IMG/VR virus record: IMGVR_UViG_3300043639_000076
Coordinates: 3,463 to 67,462 of that record
DNA length: 64,000 nucleotides
From: a virus
Direction: 5' to 3' (one strand)
Both the position numbers and the translations under genes were made by a program. The notes under the pieces were generated by a model. That model saw nothing but the letters and a program-made list of their open reading frames with translations. It did not search any database and was not told the origin of the DNA. Positions 20,101 to 30,126 of this stretch are shown here, in pieces (position 1 is the first letter of the stretch; each line of letters opens with the position of its first letter).

Positions 20101-23100
20101 CGGCGCTGGTTACTCCTGGCTCGCTGGCGGCTCGCAGCGTTGGTTCTTTGGCACTGACGGCTACCCAAACGAAGATGGCTCCGACGTTGGCACCGCGCTG
20201 ACGCTGCATCGTTACGGCGACGATGGGCGCTACCTTGGCTCCGCGTTCAACGTGGATCGCAAGGTTGGAAAGGTTTACTTCCAGGGCGGCATCTACTTCT
20301 GGAACGAGATCGGCGCGGACTTTGGTGGCGCGGTCGGCGCGAACAACTGGGATGTCAGCAAACACATCAGGCTGCACTACGCGGGCTACGGCATCTCGGT
20401 CACCAGCAATCGGTTGAACTACGTGGCCCCCGCCAGTAGTCGGCATGAGTTCGTGGTGAACACCGCCGACGTGGCCAACCTGGACGCGACCGGGCTGCAC
20501 ATGAACAACCTGGGCATCAGTCTGGGTGAGTTTCAGGTAGCTGGCGACTATGACCTGTCGAAGCACATCCTGCTTTACGATGGTGCCGGTCAGCACACCT
20601 ACGGCCTCAACGTCCAATGGAACGGGGTCAACCCGGCGCACTTCAACTACGTCGCCGGATTGGATGGGGTTCACCAGTTCCTGATCCAGGGCACCGGGCT
20701 GATCGCCACTTTCCAGCCCGCTGGTCTGCTGATGAACGCGGGAATCAGTTTCGGCGGCGCGATCACCGGGAACAACAACACCGATCTGACGAAGCATATA
20801 TCGCTCTATCCAAACCACGGTATCAACGTCTCCTACCGTGGCCTGAACGTCGTCGCCGGGTCCACGTTCTTCGTCAACAACGGCGTCACCATCGTCGCGC
20901 TCAACGACACGACGGTGACCGTCAATGGCGGCATGACCTTCGGCAACCTCACCACGCCGAGTAGCAGGCCCACCGACCTCACGAGGCATCTGTCGCTGTT
21001 TGGTGGCGGGGGCGACGGAAGCTATGGCTTCTCGATCACCGCCAATCGCCTGAACATCGTCAGCCCCGTCTGGACGTATTTCAACAGCGGCGGCAACGAC
21101 ATCGCCCGGTTCGACGCCACCGGTCTGACCTTCGACGGCTTCTACACCGTCACGCTGGGACGCGAGCCGACAGCCGATATGGAAGCGGCGACGAGGAAGT
21201 ACGCCGATGGGGTGCTGGACCGCGCTGGCGGGCCGTTCCTGCCGCTGACGGCGGGATCTGGGATGGCGCTGACCGGCATGCTTTACCTGCCGCACACGAC
21301 GCCCACGGTCGATGAACACGCGACGCCGTTGTTCTACGTGCGGAACGCCGATCAGGTCTTGCAGGACCAGATATCGGCGGTCGCCGCCGGTAACCTCGTG
21401 TTCTATGGCCAGTTGCACCTGAACGCCGCGGGAACGCGCGACGAGGTGTTCTACAAAACCATGCTGAACCTTCCCAACGGGCCGTTGCCCGACCCGACCA
21501 CGCTGGTCAAGGGAAGTTACTTCATCGTGGTCGAGGCGGGCATTCCACCAGCCTCTGGAACGCATGTTCCGCCGATGCCAGCGGGCACCTCGCAATACGT
21601 GCGCGGCGATTGGTTCATCTCCGATGGCGAGGACTGGATCTTCCTGCCGCTCGGCCTGGTCTACTTCACCGCGTCGGCGGTGGCGGTCGATCCGCCGGTC
21701 CAGGGCACCTACAATGTGCAGGACACATTGCAGTGGTTCGACGCCAACGACCTGAAAATCGCTGGCGGAACGATGCAGGGTCATCTCTATCTGGATGGCA
21801 TTCCCACCACCGGCACCCAGGCGGCGAGCAAGGACTACGTCGATAACAAAGCGTTTCTGAAGCTGACCGGCGGGGTACTGAGCGGAGGACTCAGTTTCGG
21901 TTCCGAGGGCGTTCCTAGCGGTAACCCCACCGACCTGTCGCGTCACATCGCGCTGTGGGGCACGTCGCTGGGCTTCTCGGTCACCGGCTACCAACTGAAC
22001 TACGTGACCGACACGCTCACCAGCCACGTTTTCTACGTTGGTGGCGGCGAATCGATGCGAGTTAATTCCACCGGCCTGAAGATCGGCACGGGAAACATTC
22101 TCACGCTCGCGCGCGATCCACAAAATGACTACGAAGCTGCAACGAAGCACTACGTCGATGTGCAGGGCAACGCTTTTCTGAAGCTGACCGGCGGCACGAT
22201 GCTCGGCGACATTCAGATGTCGGGGTCGTATCAGGTGCGTTTCGGCAACGCCAGCCAGTTCATCGGCGGCGGTCCCGCCGACGCGGCATGGTTCGGCGGC
22301 GTCAACTATCACATGGGATCGTGGAACGGCATCGGCATGACGACCTCATGCGGCGGGCAGTTCGTTCCACCCGGCATATACGGCATCGTGTTCGGCACAC
22401 GCGATGGAAACCTCGACCTGCACGGGCAACTCGCTGTCCATGACAGCCGGAACGCCGTGAAGAGCCAGATCCAGACCATCGGCTTCTTCAACGTGGGCAC
22501 CGACCAGACCATCGAGGTGAACGGGATATCGATCATCCCGTCGCTCGGGTCCATCGCCAATGGCGGCGGCTCGGTCAACGTGAACGACCGCTTCTATGAC
22601 GACTACGGCAACATCTACACCGCGCTGGCGACCTCCGGTGGCCAGGTCACCGACCTCCGCATGGACAGCGCGCGGGCGACGATCTGGAACGCCAACGCCA
22701 ACCCGGTGCCGTTGCACGCCATCGCGCCTTCAATCGCGTTCAACGTCAGCGTCAACATCAACTGGAGAAACCCGAACCGGCTGATGATCCAGCACACCAA
22801 CGGTGTGGCGGCTCTGTATGGCTACCGCGGCACACAACTGGATGGTGGGATCGGCGGCATCCTGCTTGCCGGTGGCGGTCCCGGCGTCACGGTTGGCGGC
22901 ACGTTGTGGATGCAGAATGGCCTGGACTTCAACTATGCCGTATCTGGAAATCCGCAGGATACATCTCGCGGTATCACGTTTTTTGGCCCACAGACCGGAT
23001 CGAACTACGGCATCGTCGTCACCGGCTCGACGCTAAACTACAACGTCTACTCGCCAGACAATAAGCACGACTTCTGGGCGGGCGGAAACTTGCTGTTCCG

Positions 23101-26100
23101 CATTTGGGGTGGTGACAAGGTCTATTCGTATTTGCCGCTGACCGCGAAAACATATGTGCAGATTGACGGAGTTCCTGGGCCGGGAGCGAACGCGCAACTG
23201 GTGCTGAACGCCACATCAGGCGGGTCATCATTTATTTCGGCTTACAATGGCGGTTCCATCCGTTGGCAGATGTTTTTCTCCGACGCGGGCGAAAGCGGCG
23301 TGGCGACGGAAAACGGAGGCTCCAACTTCGTCCTCAATGCGTTTCGGAATGACGGAGCGTTCATCGGTCAACCGATGTGGATCACGCGCGGCGGCGATAC
23401 TTCGTTCACCGGCTACGTCTACGTCGGCAAAGACCCATGGCAACCGACCAGCGCGGTGACGCTGCGCTACCTCCAGGGAAACTACACCACGACCGCCGAT
23501 GGAGACGCCCGGTGGGTGAACGTCAGCGGCGACGAGATGCACGGGCAGCTTGTCGTGAGCGGCACGCTGTTCGCCAACGGGCGGTTCCTGTTCAACGACT
23601 CCAACGGCGGCAATCCATGGCCCGCGGCGGGGGCCGGATATCTCGGCTGGAACAGTCTGGGTTGGTGCGGCGAGGTGGACTTCGTCAACGGCTGTGACTG
23701 GGTGCCGAATGGCGCGGGCTTCGATTGGAAGCAGATCGTCTCGGGTGGCGGCATGGCCACGCTGGCGACCCTTCGCGCGGACGCGATTCTGCGGCTTTAT
23801 GGGCTTGGCGTCGGCTATCCCGGTCTTCCAGGCGGTGGCAACACCATCGGCTTTGTCTGGACCGGCAGCAACGCCGCCAGGATGTTCGTGGATGGTAGCG
23901 ACGTAGGGCTTCTGGCTGGGCAAGGCTGGGTCGATGGTAATTACCTGAAACTATCGGGCGGGACGGTTACAGGCGTAACTACCTTTAACGCCACGACGTT
24001 CTTCTCACCCGCTATCGTGGTGAGCAACGGCGCGTCGAATTTTCAGGTTCTCCCAAGCCTCGCTGGCGGCTCCTACAACGGGATCGTGCAGACCGGTGAT
24101 GTGGTTCTGCTCGCGGCTGGTCCAGCGAATGATCTGAACGCGCTCACGCTCACGGCATGGAGTAATTACCCTATCGGCATTCGCATCGATGCCGTGGCGA
24201 AAAGCATAAACATGCGGGCCGACAACGGAATCACGGCCAACAATACCCTGTACATCGCCAACAATCAGAACCTCCAGTTCAACGACCCATTCGGAACTGG
24301 TGTACGAATGATTATCGGCGGCGACAAGCATTTCGGCGTCTATTCCAATGATACCGATGGCGGCGTCATAGCGGTCTGGGATTTCTATTCGCGCACGACC
24401 AACCCGGCGCAGAACTTTTGGCTGGAGACGTGGTTCCAGCGGATGACGCACCACGGCAGCGGGCTGTCATGGTCTGGTGGCGATTACCGGCAAGGTTCCG
24501 TCTACACTGATGGCAACTGGGGAACCTTGATCAGGGGCCTCCCAGGCAACATCGCGGATGTCGCTTTCGCTGATCGAGACGGCAACATTCCGCTTCGCAT
24601 CGTGTTCGGCAATCAGGTGAAACTGGCGGGGCCGACCGCCTTTGTATCCGCTGACACACTCACCCTTGGCCGCGATCCATCGGCGGCGATGGAAGCGGTT
24701 CCGAGACAATATGTCGAAGCCAACTTCGCGCCAAAAATTGGCGGTGGCTATGTCGCGAAATCCGGCGATGTGATGAGTGGGGGCCTTGGATTTGGCCAGG
24801 TCAACGTACAACCGACCGACACCTCGCACCACATCAGGCTGTACGACGGGGGCGTGGGGAACCACTATGGCTTCAGTGTGTCATGGGACGGTGTCTCCAT
24901 CGCGCGCCTGAATTATGTCGTGACAGAACCAGGCCATACCTATCACGCATTCTGGAACGGGACTTTAGAAACTCTTCGTATCGGCCCGAACGGTGTGGAT
25001 ATCCGGTCGCCCGACACATCGGATATGGGTCAACTTCAGTTGCGCCCCAGCAACTGGGGTAGCAAGCTGTCGAGCAAGCTGCGCTTCTATGGCTCGTTTG
25101 ATTATGCCGGGGGCGACTACGGCCCGCGCATGGTCGCCTCGCTGCGCGGCGGTTACGAGGGCGGCGCGTGGTATAACGAACATCTCGATGTCTGGATCAC
25201 GAACCAGGTGATCACTGGTCTGGACACCGACGCCATGCAGACCAGGGTCGCGCGCTTCACGGCGGGGATGGTCACAATAGACCGAGACCTCACGGTCACC
25301 GGGCATGCCGGGTTCCGCTCTGGCATCGACTTCAACCCAAATGTCGTCACCAACTCGACCGACCTGTCAAAGCATGTTGACCTGTATGCCGGGGTTTATG
25401 GGTTCTCAGTAAGTAATGACGGAGCGACGAACCACGTCAGCGGCGGGTTCCACAACTTCTATGTCGGCGGCGGGGGTTCGGTCGCCACATTCACATCTGC
25501 ACTCGCGACCATTAAAACAAACCTTCAAGCGAACGGAATTATTTCAATTCCGAATGGCGGCATTGATCTCGTCAATGGCGTGTCAGGCCCGTATGACAGT
25601 TCACGCGGCATCACGTTCTGGGGTTCTCCGACCGGACCTAATTACAGCATCGTCGTCAGTGGCAGCACGTTGAATTACAATGTCAACAACGTCGTTGATC
25701 ATCATGACTTCAATAGTGGTCAGGCGCTGCGGTTTCGCATAAGCGATACGATCACCTCGTATATGCCGATGATCGTGAACGGCAACCTAAGTGTATCCGC
25801 CGGCTCACTGGCGGTCAGCTATGATGTTACGTTCGGATTTAATGGTGCCGGATACTCGGCCATTTATATGAACGCCGCGCCGAACACCAACCGCATCACG
25901 TACTACCAGTCGAACGGCAAGACGCGCTGGCTCTATGGCACGGGTGCCGGGGCCGAGAGCGGCGGCAACGTGGGATCGGACTTCTTCCTCGCCGCCTATA
26001 ACGATGCTGGCACGGCGATACACACCTCGCTGTATTTCTCTCGCGCCACCGGCCTGGGGACCGTGGAGGGCGATCCAACCGCGCCGCTTGGAATCGCGAC

Positions 26101-27673
26101 GAAGCAATATACCGACAACAAGTTCGTTGCCATTTCAGGAGGGAATTACGTCAAAAAAGACGGCGACACGATGACCGGATCACTGACCGTGAACCCCGAT
26201 ATCACCGCGTCTGGGGCGATGTATGCCGGGGTATTCTCGTCTGTTCAGGCCAATGGCTATCCGCAATTCCGTTGGACGAATACGGCGGCGGGGGTGAACC
26301 TAAAGAAGCTGGTCGCCTTCATAAGTCCGGCCGGCGACTTCACGATGCAATTTGAGAATGACGCCAGCAGTCAGGCGGCTGCGTTCCTTCAGGCGACGCG
26401 CAGCGGCTACGCCGTGGCGACGGTGACGTTGACCGCGCCTAACATTTATCTGAGCGGCGTCACGCGCGCGAACGACATCTACAGCCCGGTCTACAGGTTC
26501 ACCAACACGGGCGGCTACATCTACGGCGACACCAACGTCACCCAGTTCATTCAGGACAGTGGCATGTGGCGCTGGGAATATGCCAGAGCCACGGGCCAAC
26601 TGACGTGGATGCAGGGCGGCACCAACCTGACCTTGTTTCAGGTCACTCCGAATGGCGCGCTTTGGAACAACGATTATCACTCGGTCGGCGGCAACGGAAT
26701 CATCTACCGGGGCTTCACCGGCAACGCCATCGCGTTCAACTGGGATAGCGCGAACACTTGCATCAACCAATACATCGACGGCTCATGGCAAGGGACCGTC
26801 GCCACACGGGGCTGGGCCGGTGCCACTTTCAAAGGCATCGGCGCATACACGCCAAATCAGGTCGTCGATTACGGTTCCGGTCCTGTTTTTGGTGGCGTGA
26901 CGATCACGGGTGACGCCGTCACGCACAACGTCTTTTGCGACGGCAGTGTCGGCATCAAGTATCGGGCTTACTCCAACGTATTCACCGCGTTCGGTTGGAA
27001 TGGCCGCGTGCAATGCTGGCTCGATGGCGGTGGGGCGTACGTCGAACTGCGCGACACACGCGATTACATACCAAACCAGAACGTTGATGTCAGTGCCGGT
27101 CCTACTTTCAGCATCGTCTGGCTCAATAATAACGGCATCGTCTACTCACCCTGGAACGGTTCCGCCGTCGCCCTCCCGTGGGACGGTTATAGCCTCAGTT
27201 TTAAGCTGGACGGAGGTGACCGTGGACGGCTTCTCAGGTCGTTTGATACCGGGGGCGGCTGGACCGGTTGTCATCAGTTGATGCTAAACGGTAACGGAAC
27301 CTGTGGCATCTGGTGGCCTGACAATAACTTCGCGGGTTGGACAATCGTCTGGTCCGACCGTCGCCTGAAAAGCAACATCCGGCCCGCCACCATCGACGCG
27401 CTTGGCCTGATCAACAGACTGACGGTCCACGAACTCGATCTTCTGCCGCCGGTCCCTCACGCCGTCAGCCAGCACTGGGATTGCGCGCTGATCGCCGACG
27501 AGGTGGAAGAGGTCATTCCACTCGCCGTCGTCAACTACGAAGAAGGCGAAGGATACGCGCAGATCAGGGAAATGCCGCTGATCGCGACGATGGCACGCGC
27601 TATTCAGCAGTTGACGGAACAGAATGTCGCGCTCATGGCGCGCATGGAACAACTTGAACAGAGGATGCACTGA
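17186..27673 (+). CDS. Giant modular tail fibre/adhesin with C-terminal intramolecular chaperone (peptidase S74-like)
   Basis: 3495 aa; N-terminal KISEL..DLIPVV; repeated AATKxYVD / LPxxGGxMxG fibre motifs; WSDRRLKSNI...LIADEVEEVIP...AIQQL autochaperone. Confidence 0.88.
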   Translation: MTKISELDPLHEFTPTLDLIPVVHAGKTYSMRVSDFQISAEGSTFLPTTGGYLTGPLYLYDLPTFPNEAATKGYVDSHVQAGGPFLPISGGQMLGNLSLVGDPQESLDAASKSYVDSLMAATASGGVTVMEYTIKTVIASGDPGTGAINFNVSNQSDATALYIDQVSNAGRDWTLLLMALKVGQKVSIQPLGDHNRVARWTIAAPSEDMSGYTILHVTPVSATGFPLPNNTTVAIAIQGDTVAEFLPLSGGTMQGGISFGQRFGANLTDLTQHISLYDGWGGFNVTGNSLNMIAGSVNVLSSDGSWLYAKAPIYLPRTPIDPWEAAPKNYIDTNFAPIANGGYVMKTGDQMTGALYITSDTDATIRVIGTGGDWPAVKWNTTTATSAAGYFESQRYGKPRWSIEFGTGGGEPGGNVGTDYIMNRFDDDGNWISPTPLVIRRGTGAIETYTPLYLMGDPTTGLQAVPMRWVTNNFAPIKDGGYVAKTGDVMTGPLSITGTGTLTITGETNELPMLVIDATNTFLSNPTIYIANMGTKNEGWWPGITFDHKKNVGLANALASQVDSVSRWVIEFGDSAYEAGGNTGTNFTLFRCADDGGYIAGPQPLHIERSTGQVTIGATHGTSPLTLLDIEQWNAPLKTPHPDTILMLNGRATGPNTNIEIVTYGGANIIRGYAAEGSPGAVRATGQNRNMLIVTGSGYDGAVWQGGRGAMWFTASENWTPTANGTQISWRTTRNGQTAQQDSMLLSNAGALSLAYGGLSFGNDTVGAPQDTSRHINLYNGFAGFSVTGGTLNIVSGWDTHFVSTDGTVLLQLNNAGDLELKRDPVFPMHAVNRGWIETNYLTTTQADARFVNVTGDQMSGPLAISASGNAWSLFVGGNVGGAFPAANFGQYIGYNVTGGGEASFVNSWVSAQTSFQWWQMNAAGNALISLATLGPQGNFAAVGNIDAGSGTTRNNSIRVNSAKTNWPDATSGAGYSWLAGGSQRWFFGTDGYPNEDGSDVGTALTLHRYGDDGRYLGSAFNVDRKVGKVYFQGGIYFWNEIGADFGGAVGANNWDVSKHIRLHYAGYGISVTSNRLNYVAPASSRHEFVVNTADVANLDATGLHMNNLGISLGEFQVAGDYDLSKHILLYDGAGQHTYGLNVQWNGVNPAHFNYVAGLDGVHQFLIQGTGLIATFQPAGLLMNAGISFGGAITGNNNTDLTKHISLYPNHGINVSYRGLNVVAGSTFFVNNGVTIVALNDTTVTVNGGMTFGNLTTPSSRPTDLTRHLSLFGGGGDGSYGFSITANRLNIVSPVWTYFNSGGNDIARFDATGLTFDGFYTVTLGREPTADMEAATRKYADGVLDRAGGPFLPLTAGSGMALTGMLYLPHTTPTVDEHATPLFYVRNADQVLQDQISAVAAGNLVFYGQLHLNAAGTRDEVFYKTMLNLPNGPLPDPTTLVKGSYFIVVEAGIPPASGTHVPPMPAGTSQYVRGDWFISDGEDWIFLPLGLVYFTASAVAVDPPVQGTYNVQDTLQWFDANDLKIAGGTMQGHLYLDGIPTTGTQAASKDYVDNKAFLKLTGGVLSGGLSFGSEGVPSGNPTDLSRHIALWGTSLGFSVTGYQLNYVTDTLTSHVFYVGGGESMRVNSTGLKIGTGNILTLARDPQNDYEAATKHYVDVQGNAFLKLTGGTMLGDIQMSGSYQVRFGNASQFIGGGPADAAWFGGVNYHMGSWNGIGMTTSCGGQFVPPGIYGIVFGTRDGNLDLHGQLAVHDSRNAVKSQIQTIGFFNVGTDQTIEVNGISIIPSLGSIANGGGSVNVNDRFYDDYGNIYTALATSGGQVTDLRMDSARATIWNANANPVPLHAIAPSIAFNVSVNINWRNPNRLMIQHTNGVAALYGYRGTQLDGGIGGILLAGGGPGVTVGGTLWMQNGLDFNYAVSGNPQDTSRGITFFGPQTGSNYGIVVTGSTLNYNVYSPDNKHDFWAGGNLLFRIWGGDKVYSYLPLTAKTYVQIDGVPGPGANAQLVLNATSGGSSFISAYNGGSIRWQMFFSDAGESGVATENGGSNFVLNAFRNDGAFIGQPMWITRGGDTSFTGYVYVGKDPWQPTSAVTLRYLQGNYTTTADGDARWVNVSGDEMHGQLVVSGTLFANGRFLFNDSNGGNPWPAAGAGYLGWNSLGWCGEVDFVNGCDWVPNGAGFDWKQIVSGGGMATLATLRADAILRLYGLGVGYPGLPGGGNTIGFVWTGSNAARMFVDGSDVGLLAGQGWVDGNYLKLSGGTVTGVTTFNATTFFSPAIVVSNGASNFQVLPSLAGGSYNGIVQTGDVVLLAAGPANDLNALTLTAWSNYPIGIRIDAVAKSINMRADNGITANNTLYIANNQNLQFNDPFGTGVRMIIGGDKHFGVYSNDTDGGVIAVWDFYSRTTNPAQNFWLETWFQRMTHHGSGLSWSGGDYRQGSVYTDGNWGTLIRGLPGNIADVAFADRDGNIPLRIVFGNQVKLAGPTAFVSADTLTLGRDPSAAMEAVPRQYVEANFAPKIGGGYVAKSGDVMSGGLGFGQVNVQPTDTSHHIRLYDGGVGNHYGFSVSWDGVSIARLNYVVTEPGHTYHAFWNGTLETLRIGPNGVDIRSPDTSDMGQLQLRPSNWGSKLSSKLRFYGSFDYAGGDYGPRMVASLRGGYEGGAWYNEHLDVWITNQVITGLDTDAMQTRVARFTAGMVTIDRDLTVTGHAGFRSGIDFNPNVVTNSTDLSKHVDLYAGVYGFSVSNDGATNHVSGGFHNFYVGGGGSVATFTSALATIKTNLQANGIISIPNGGIDLVNGVSGPYDSSRGITFWGSPTGPNYSIVVSGSTLNYNVNNVVDHHDFNSGQALRFRISDTITSYMPMIVNGNLSVSAGSLAVSYDVTFGFNGAGYSAIYMNAAPNTNRITYYQSNGKTRWLYGTGAGAESGGNVGSDFFLAAYNDAGTAIHTSLYFSRATGLGTVEGDPTAPLGIATKQYTDNKFVAISGGNYVKKDGDTMTGSLTVNPDITASGAMYAGVFSSVQANGYPQFRWTNTAAGVNLKKLVAFISPAGDFTMQFENDASSQAAAFLQATRSGYAVATVTLTAPNIYLSGVTRANDIYSPVYRFTNTGGYIYGDTNVTQFIQDSGMWRWEYARATGQLTWMQGGTNLTLFQVTPNGALWNNDYHSVGGNGIIYRGFTGNAIAFNWDSANTCINQYIDGSWQGTVATRGWAGATFKGIGAYTPNQVVDYGSGPVFGGVTITGDAVTHNVFCDGSVGIKYRAYSNVFTAFGWNGRVQCWLDGGGAYVELRDTRDYIPNQNVDVSAGPTFSIVWLNNNGIVYSPWNGSAVALPWDGYSLSFKLDGGDRGRLLRSFDTGGGWTGCHQLMLNGNGTCGIWWPDNNFAGWTIVWSDRRLKSNIRPATIDALGLINRLTVHELDLLPPVPHAVSQHWDCALIADEVEEVIPLAVVNYEEGEGYAQIREMPLIATMARAIQQLTEQNVALMARMEQLEQRMH

Positions 27674-27674
27674 C

Positions 27675-28025
27675 ATGGCCGCGATTATCATTCCGAACAG
27701 CACGACATTTGGGCAGATGACCAACAGTGTCGTCTCCCGGCTGGCGGGCCTCAACACCACCGTGGTGCGGCTCAACGAGGCCGTGGCGACCGCCTCGACT
27801 GGTTTCATGGGGACGGCGGGGACCGAGTTCGAAGCCGCCAGCGGCGGCATGGGGATGCCCTACACGCAGAACAATTTCGGCGTGCAGCCAGACGCCACCA
27901 CGCCCGGTTTGAACGGCACCGCCTACGCCGAGGCCGTGCAGGCCCTGGCCGTGCAGTGGGAAGCGTTCTGGGCGCTGGCCGCGCCGATCATCAAGACCCT
28001 CGACAACGGCCAGGCGGCGATGTGA
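27675..28025 (+). CDS. Hypothetical virion-associated protein
   Basis: ATG 2 nt after fibre stop, coupled to next gene; no recognised motif. Confidence 0.6.
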   Translation: MAAIIIPNSTTFGQMTNSVVSRLAGLNTTVVRLNEAVATASTGFMGTAGTEFEAASGGMGMPYTQNNFGVQPDATTPGLNGTAYAEAVQALAVQWEAFWALAAPIIKTLDNGQAAM

Positions 28026-28312
28026 TGGGAGATACCGTATCCGGTGGGGGACCGCCCCCTCCCGCTCCGAACGCCAATCCGGACTGCCCGCACAAGCCGG
28101 ATTATAGCCAGTGCCGGGTGACGCGAACGGCGAGCGTGGTCGAGCCGGTCATCGCCTGGGAGCCGATCTATGACGGCACCGGGCGGATGACCAACAGCGA
28201 TCCGAACACGCATGTGTCCACGTTTACCTGCGCCACCTGTTCGCAGATGTGGGAAGCCTCCCAGGTCGCCGGTCAGGCGGTGCGACACAAGAAGCTGCCC
28301 GACAAGATCTGA
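28025..28312 (+). CDS. Small Cys-rich (probable zinc-binding) protein
   Basis: TGATG coupling; C-x8-C and CxxC (CATC). Confidence 0.55.
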   Translation: MGDTVSGGGPPPPAPNANPDCPHKPDYSQCRVTRTASVVEPVIAWEPIYDGTGRMTNSDPNTHVSTFTCATCSQMWEASQVAGQAVRHKKLPDKI

Positions 28313-28353
28313 TATCGGCGGTCGTTCTCGATTGAGATGGGGCACACCATGCG

Positions 28354-30126
28354 ATGCTATGGATTTTTGGCGGTCCTTACGCGATCAGAATGGAAGAGAA
28401 CGGGGAGGACGCGCTGACCATGGAAGACAGCATCACCCCGATCGAGATCGAGCATTACGATGATATCCCAGGACCGGACATCCGGTTTCTGGTGGTGGAA
28501 CTCGATGTCTATCGGCCGGGTGGCGTCGTCACGGTGACCACCGCCGAGGGTCACCTGACGCATCCGCATCTGGCGCTGGCGATGACGGAAGATCCGGCCG
28601 AGGTGTCCGCGCGCCTTCTCGCGTCCGACCTGGGCTACCGCACGCTGGCGACCGATCCGGGTGGGATCGTTCCCTACGCACCCGTATTGGATCAGGCGTT
28701 CCAGGTAGACAACAAGGTCAATCTCGACATGGCGGCGTCCGGTGTCGGCGCGGCCTGGGGCACGATCGTGTTGTCCAACGCCGACGATCAGTATGACGAG
28801 ATCGCCGGCACCTATAACTGCGACGGCCGCAACGTGCGGATCCTGACCGGGGTGAAAACCTGGGACAGCCCGCGCCAGTATCATCGCGACCCGCCCTACG
28901 CCTCGCTGCATTTCATGTGGGCCGGCGTGGCGACGCCGTGGTTCCTCTCCGACACCGCGCTGACCATCCCCGTGCGCGACGCCACGTACTGGTTGGACCG
29001 GCCGTATCAGAATTCCCTGTATTCCGGCACCGGAACCTATTTCGGCACGCCCACCCTGTCTGGCAAACCGCTGCCGCGGGTGCGCGGTGGCACCACCGCC
29101 AACCCGGTGCAGAACGTCACGCCGGTGCTGGTCGATCCGATCAACAGGATTTACCAGTACACCGATGGTCCTGGCACCATCGTGCATCTCTATGAGGGCG
29201 GCGCGGAGGTCATCACTTATGCTGGTGACACCAACAACCTCTACGTCGGCGGAACCCAGCAAGGCCGTTACCGCAGCGACAACTCGCGTGGCATGTTCCA
29301 GCTTGGCAGCAACCCGGTCCACGCGATTACCTGCGACGTGACCGGGCAATTTCCGCTGTCGGGCAATGTCACCACGTTCAGCCAGATCGCGCGCTGCATC
29401 CTGACCGAGGATCTGTTGCTGCCGGCGGACCTGATCGACATCGGCTCGTTCAACGCGGTCGATGCGTACTGGCCCTACATCGCCGGCGGCTACTACGGCT
29501 CCGACGCGGCGGTCACCGGCGTCGATGTGCTGACCGCGATGCTCTCGGGACCGGGCTGCAAACTGATCTCCAAACGCGACGGCCGGCTCGGGTTGTTCAT
29601 GCTGCGCGCGCTGCCGGAGAACTATCACTCCGACATCATCTTCGACCTGTCGAACATCGTGCAGATCGAGCCGATCCCGCTGCCTTCCTCGCTCGACCCG
29701 CCGCCGTATCGTATCCGTTCCGAGTTCGCGCATAACTTCACCGTGCAGACGAGCGACATGAACACCGCGTCGATGTCGGCCGCGCACAAGCAATTTGTCG
29801 AGATGACCGGCAGCTACGCCTACTGGTCATCGACGGCGGTGCTGACCGCCTTCCGCCGGCCGAACGACCCGCCGCCGATCACCGGGACGCTTCTGCGGCA
29901 GGAAGACGCCCAGGCGGTGGTGAACGACCTGGGCGCGCTGTGGGGCGTGCGTAGGCGGCTCTACGATGTCACGGTGCCGGCGTTCACCGGCGTGGCGCTC
30001 GACATCGGCCACGTCGTCTCGATCATCTATCCCATGGATGATCTGGTGCATGGCCGGGTCGGGCAGATCGTTGGATACTCGTTCCGTTCACCCGACGCCG
30101 CCGTCACCGTGAGGGTTCTGATCTGA
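28354..30126 (+). CDS. Tail tip / baseplate hub-like structural protein
   Basis: GKPLPRVRGG...NVTPVLVD motif seen in siphophage tail-tip proteins; position. Confidence 0.65.
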   Translation: MLWIFGGPYAIRMEENGEDALTMEDSITPIEIEHYDDIPGPDIRFLVVELDVYRPGGVVTVTTAEGHLTHPHLALAMTEDPAEVSARLLASDLGYRTLATDPGGIVPYAPVLDQAFQVDNKVNLDMAASGVGAAWGTIVLSNADDQYDEIAGTYNCDGRNVRILTGVKTWDSPRQYHRDPPYASLHFMWAGVATPWFLSDTALTIPVRDATYWLDRPYQNSLYSGTGTYFGTPTLSGKPLPRVRGGTTANPVQNVTPVLVDPINRIYQYTDGPGTIVHLYEGGAEVITYAGDTNNLYVGGTQQGRYRSDNSRGMFQLGSNPVHAITCDVTGQFPLSGNVTTFSQIARCILTEDLLLPADLIDIGSFNAVDAYWPYIAGGYYGSDAAVTGVDVLTAMLSGPGCKLISKRDGRLGLFMLRALPENYHSDIIFDLSNIVQIEPIPLPSSLDPPPYRIRSEFAHNFTVQTSDMNTASMSAAHKQFVEMTGSYAYWSSTAVLTAFRRPNDPPPITGTLLRQEDAQAVVNDLGALWGVRRRLYDVTVPAFTGVALDIGHVVSIIYPMDDLVHGRVGQIVGYSFRSPDAAVTVRVLI

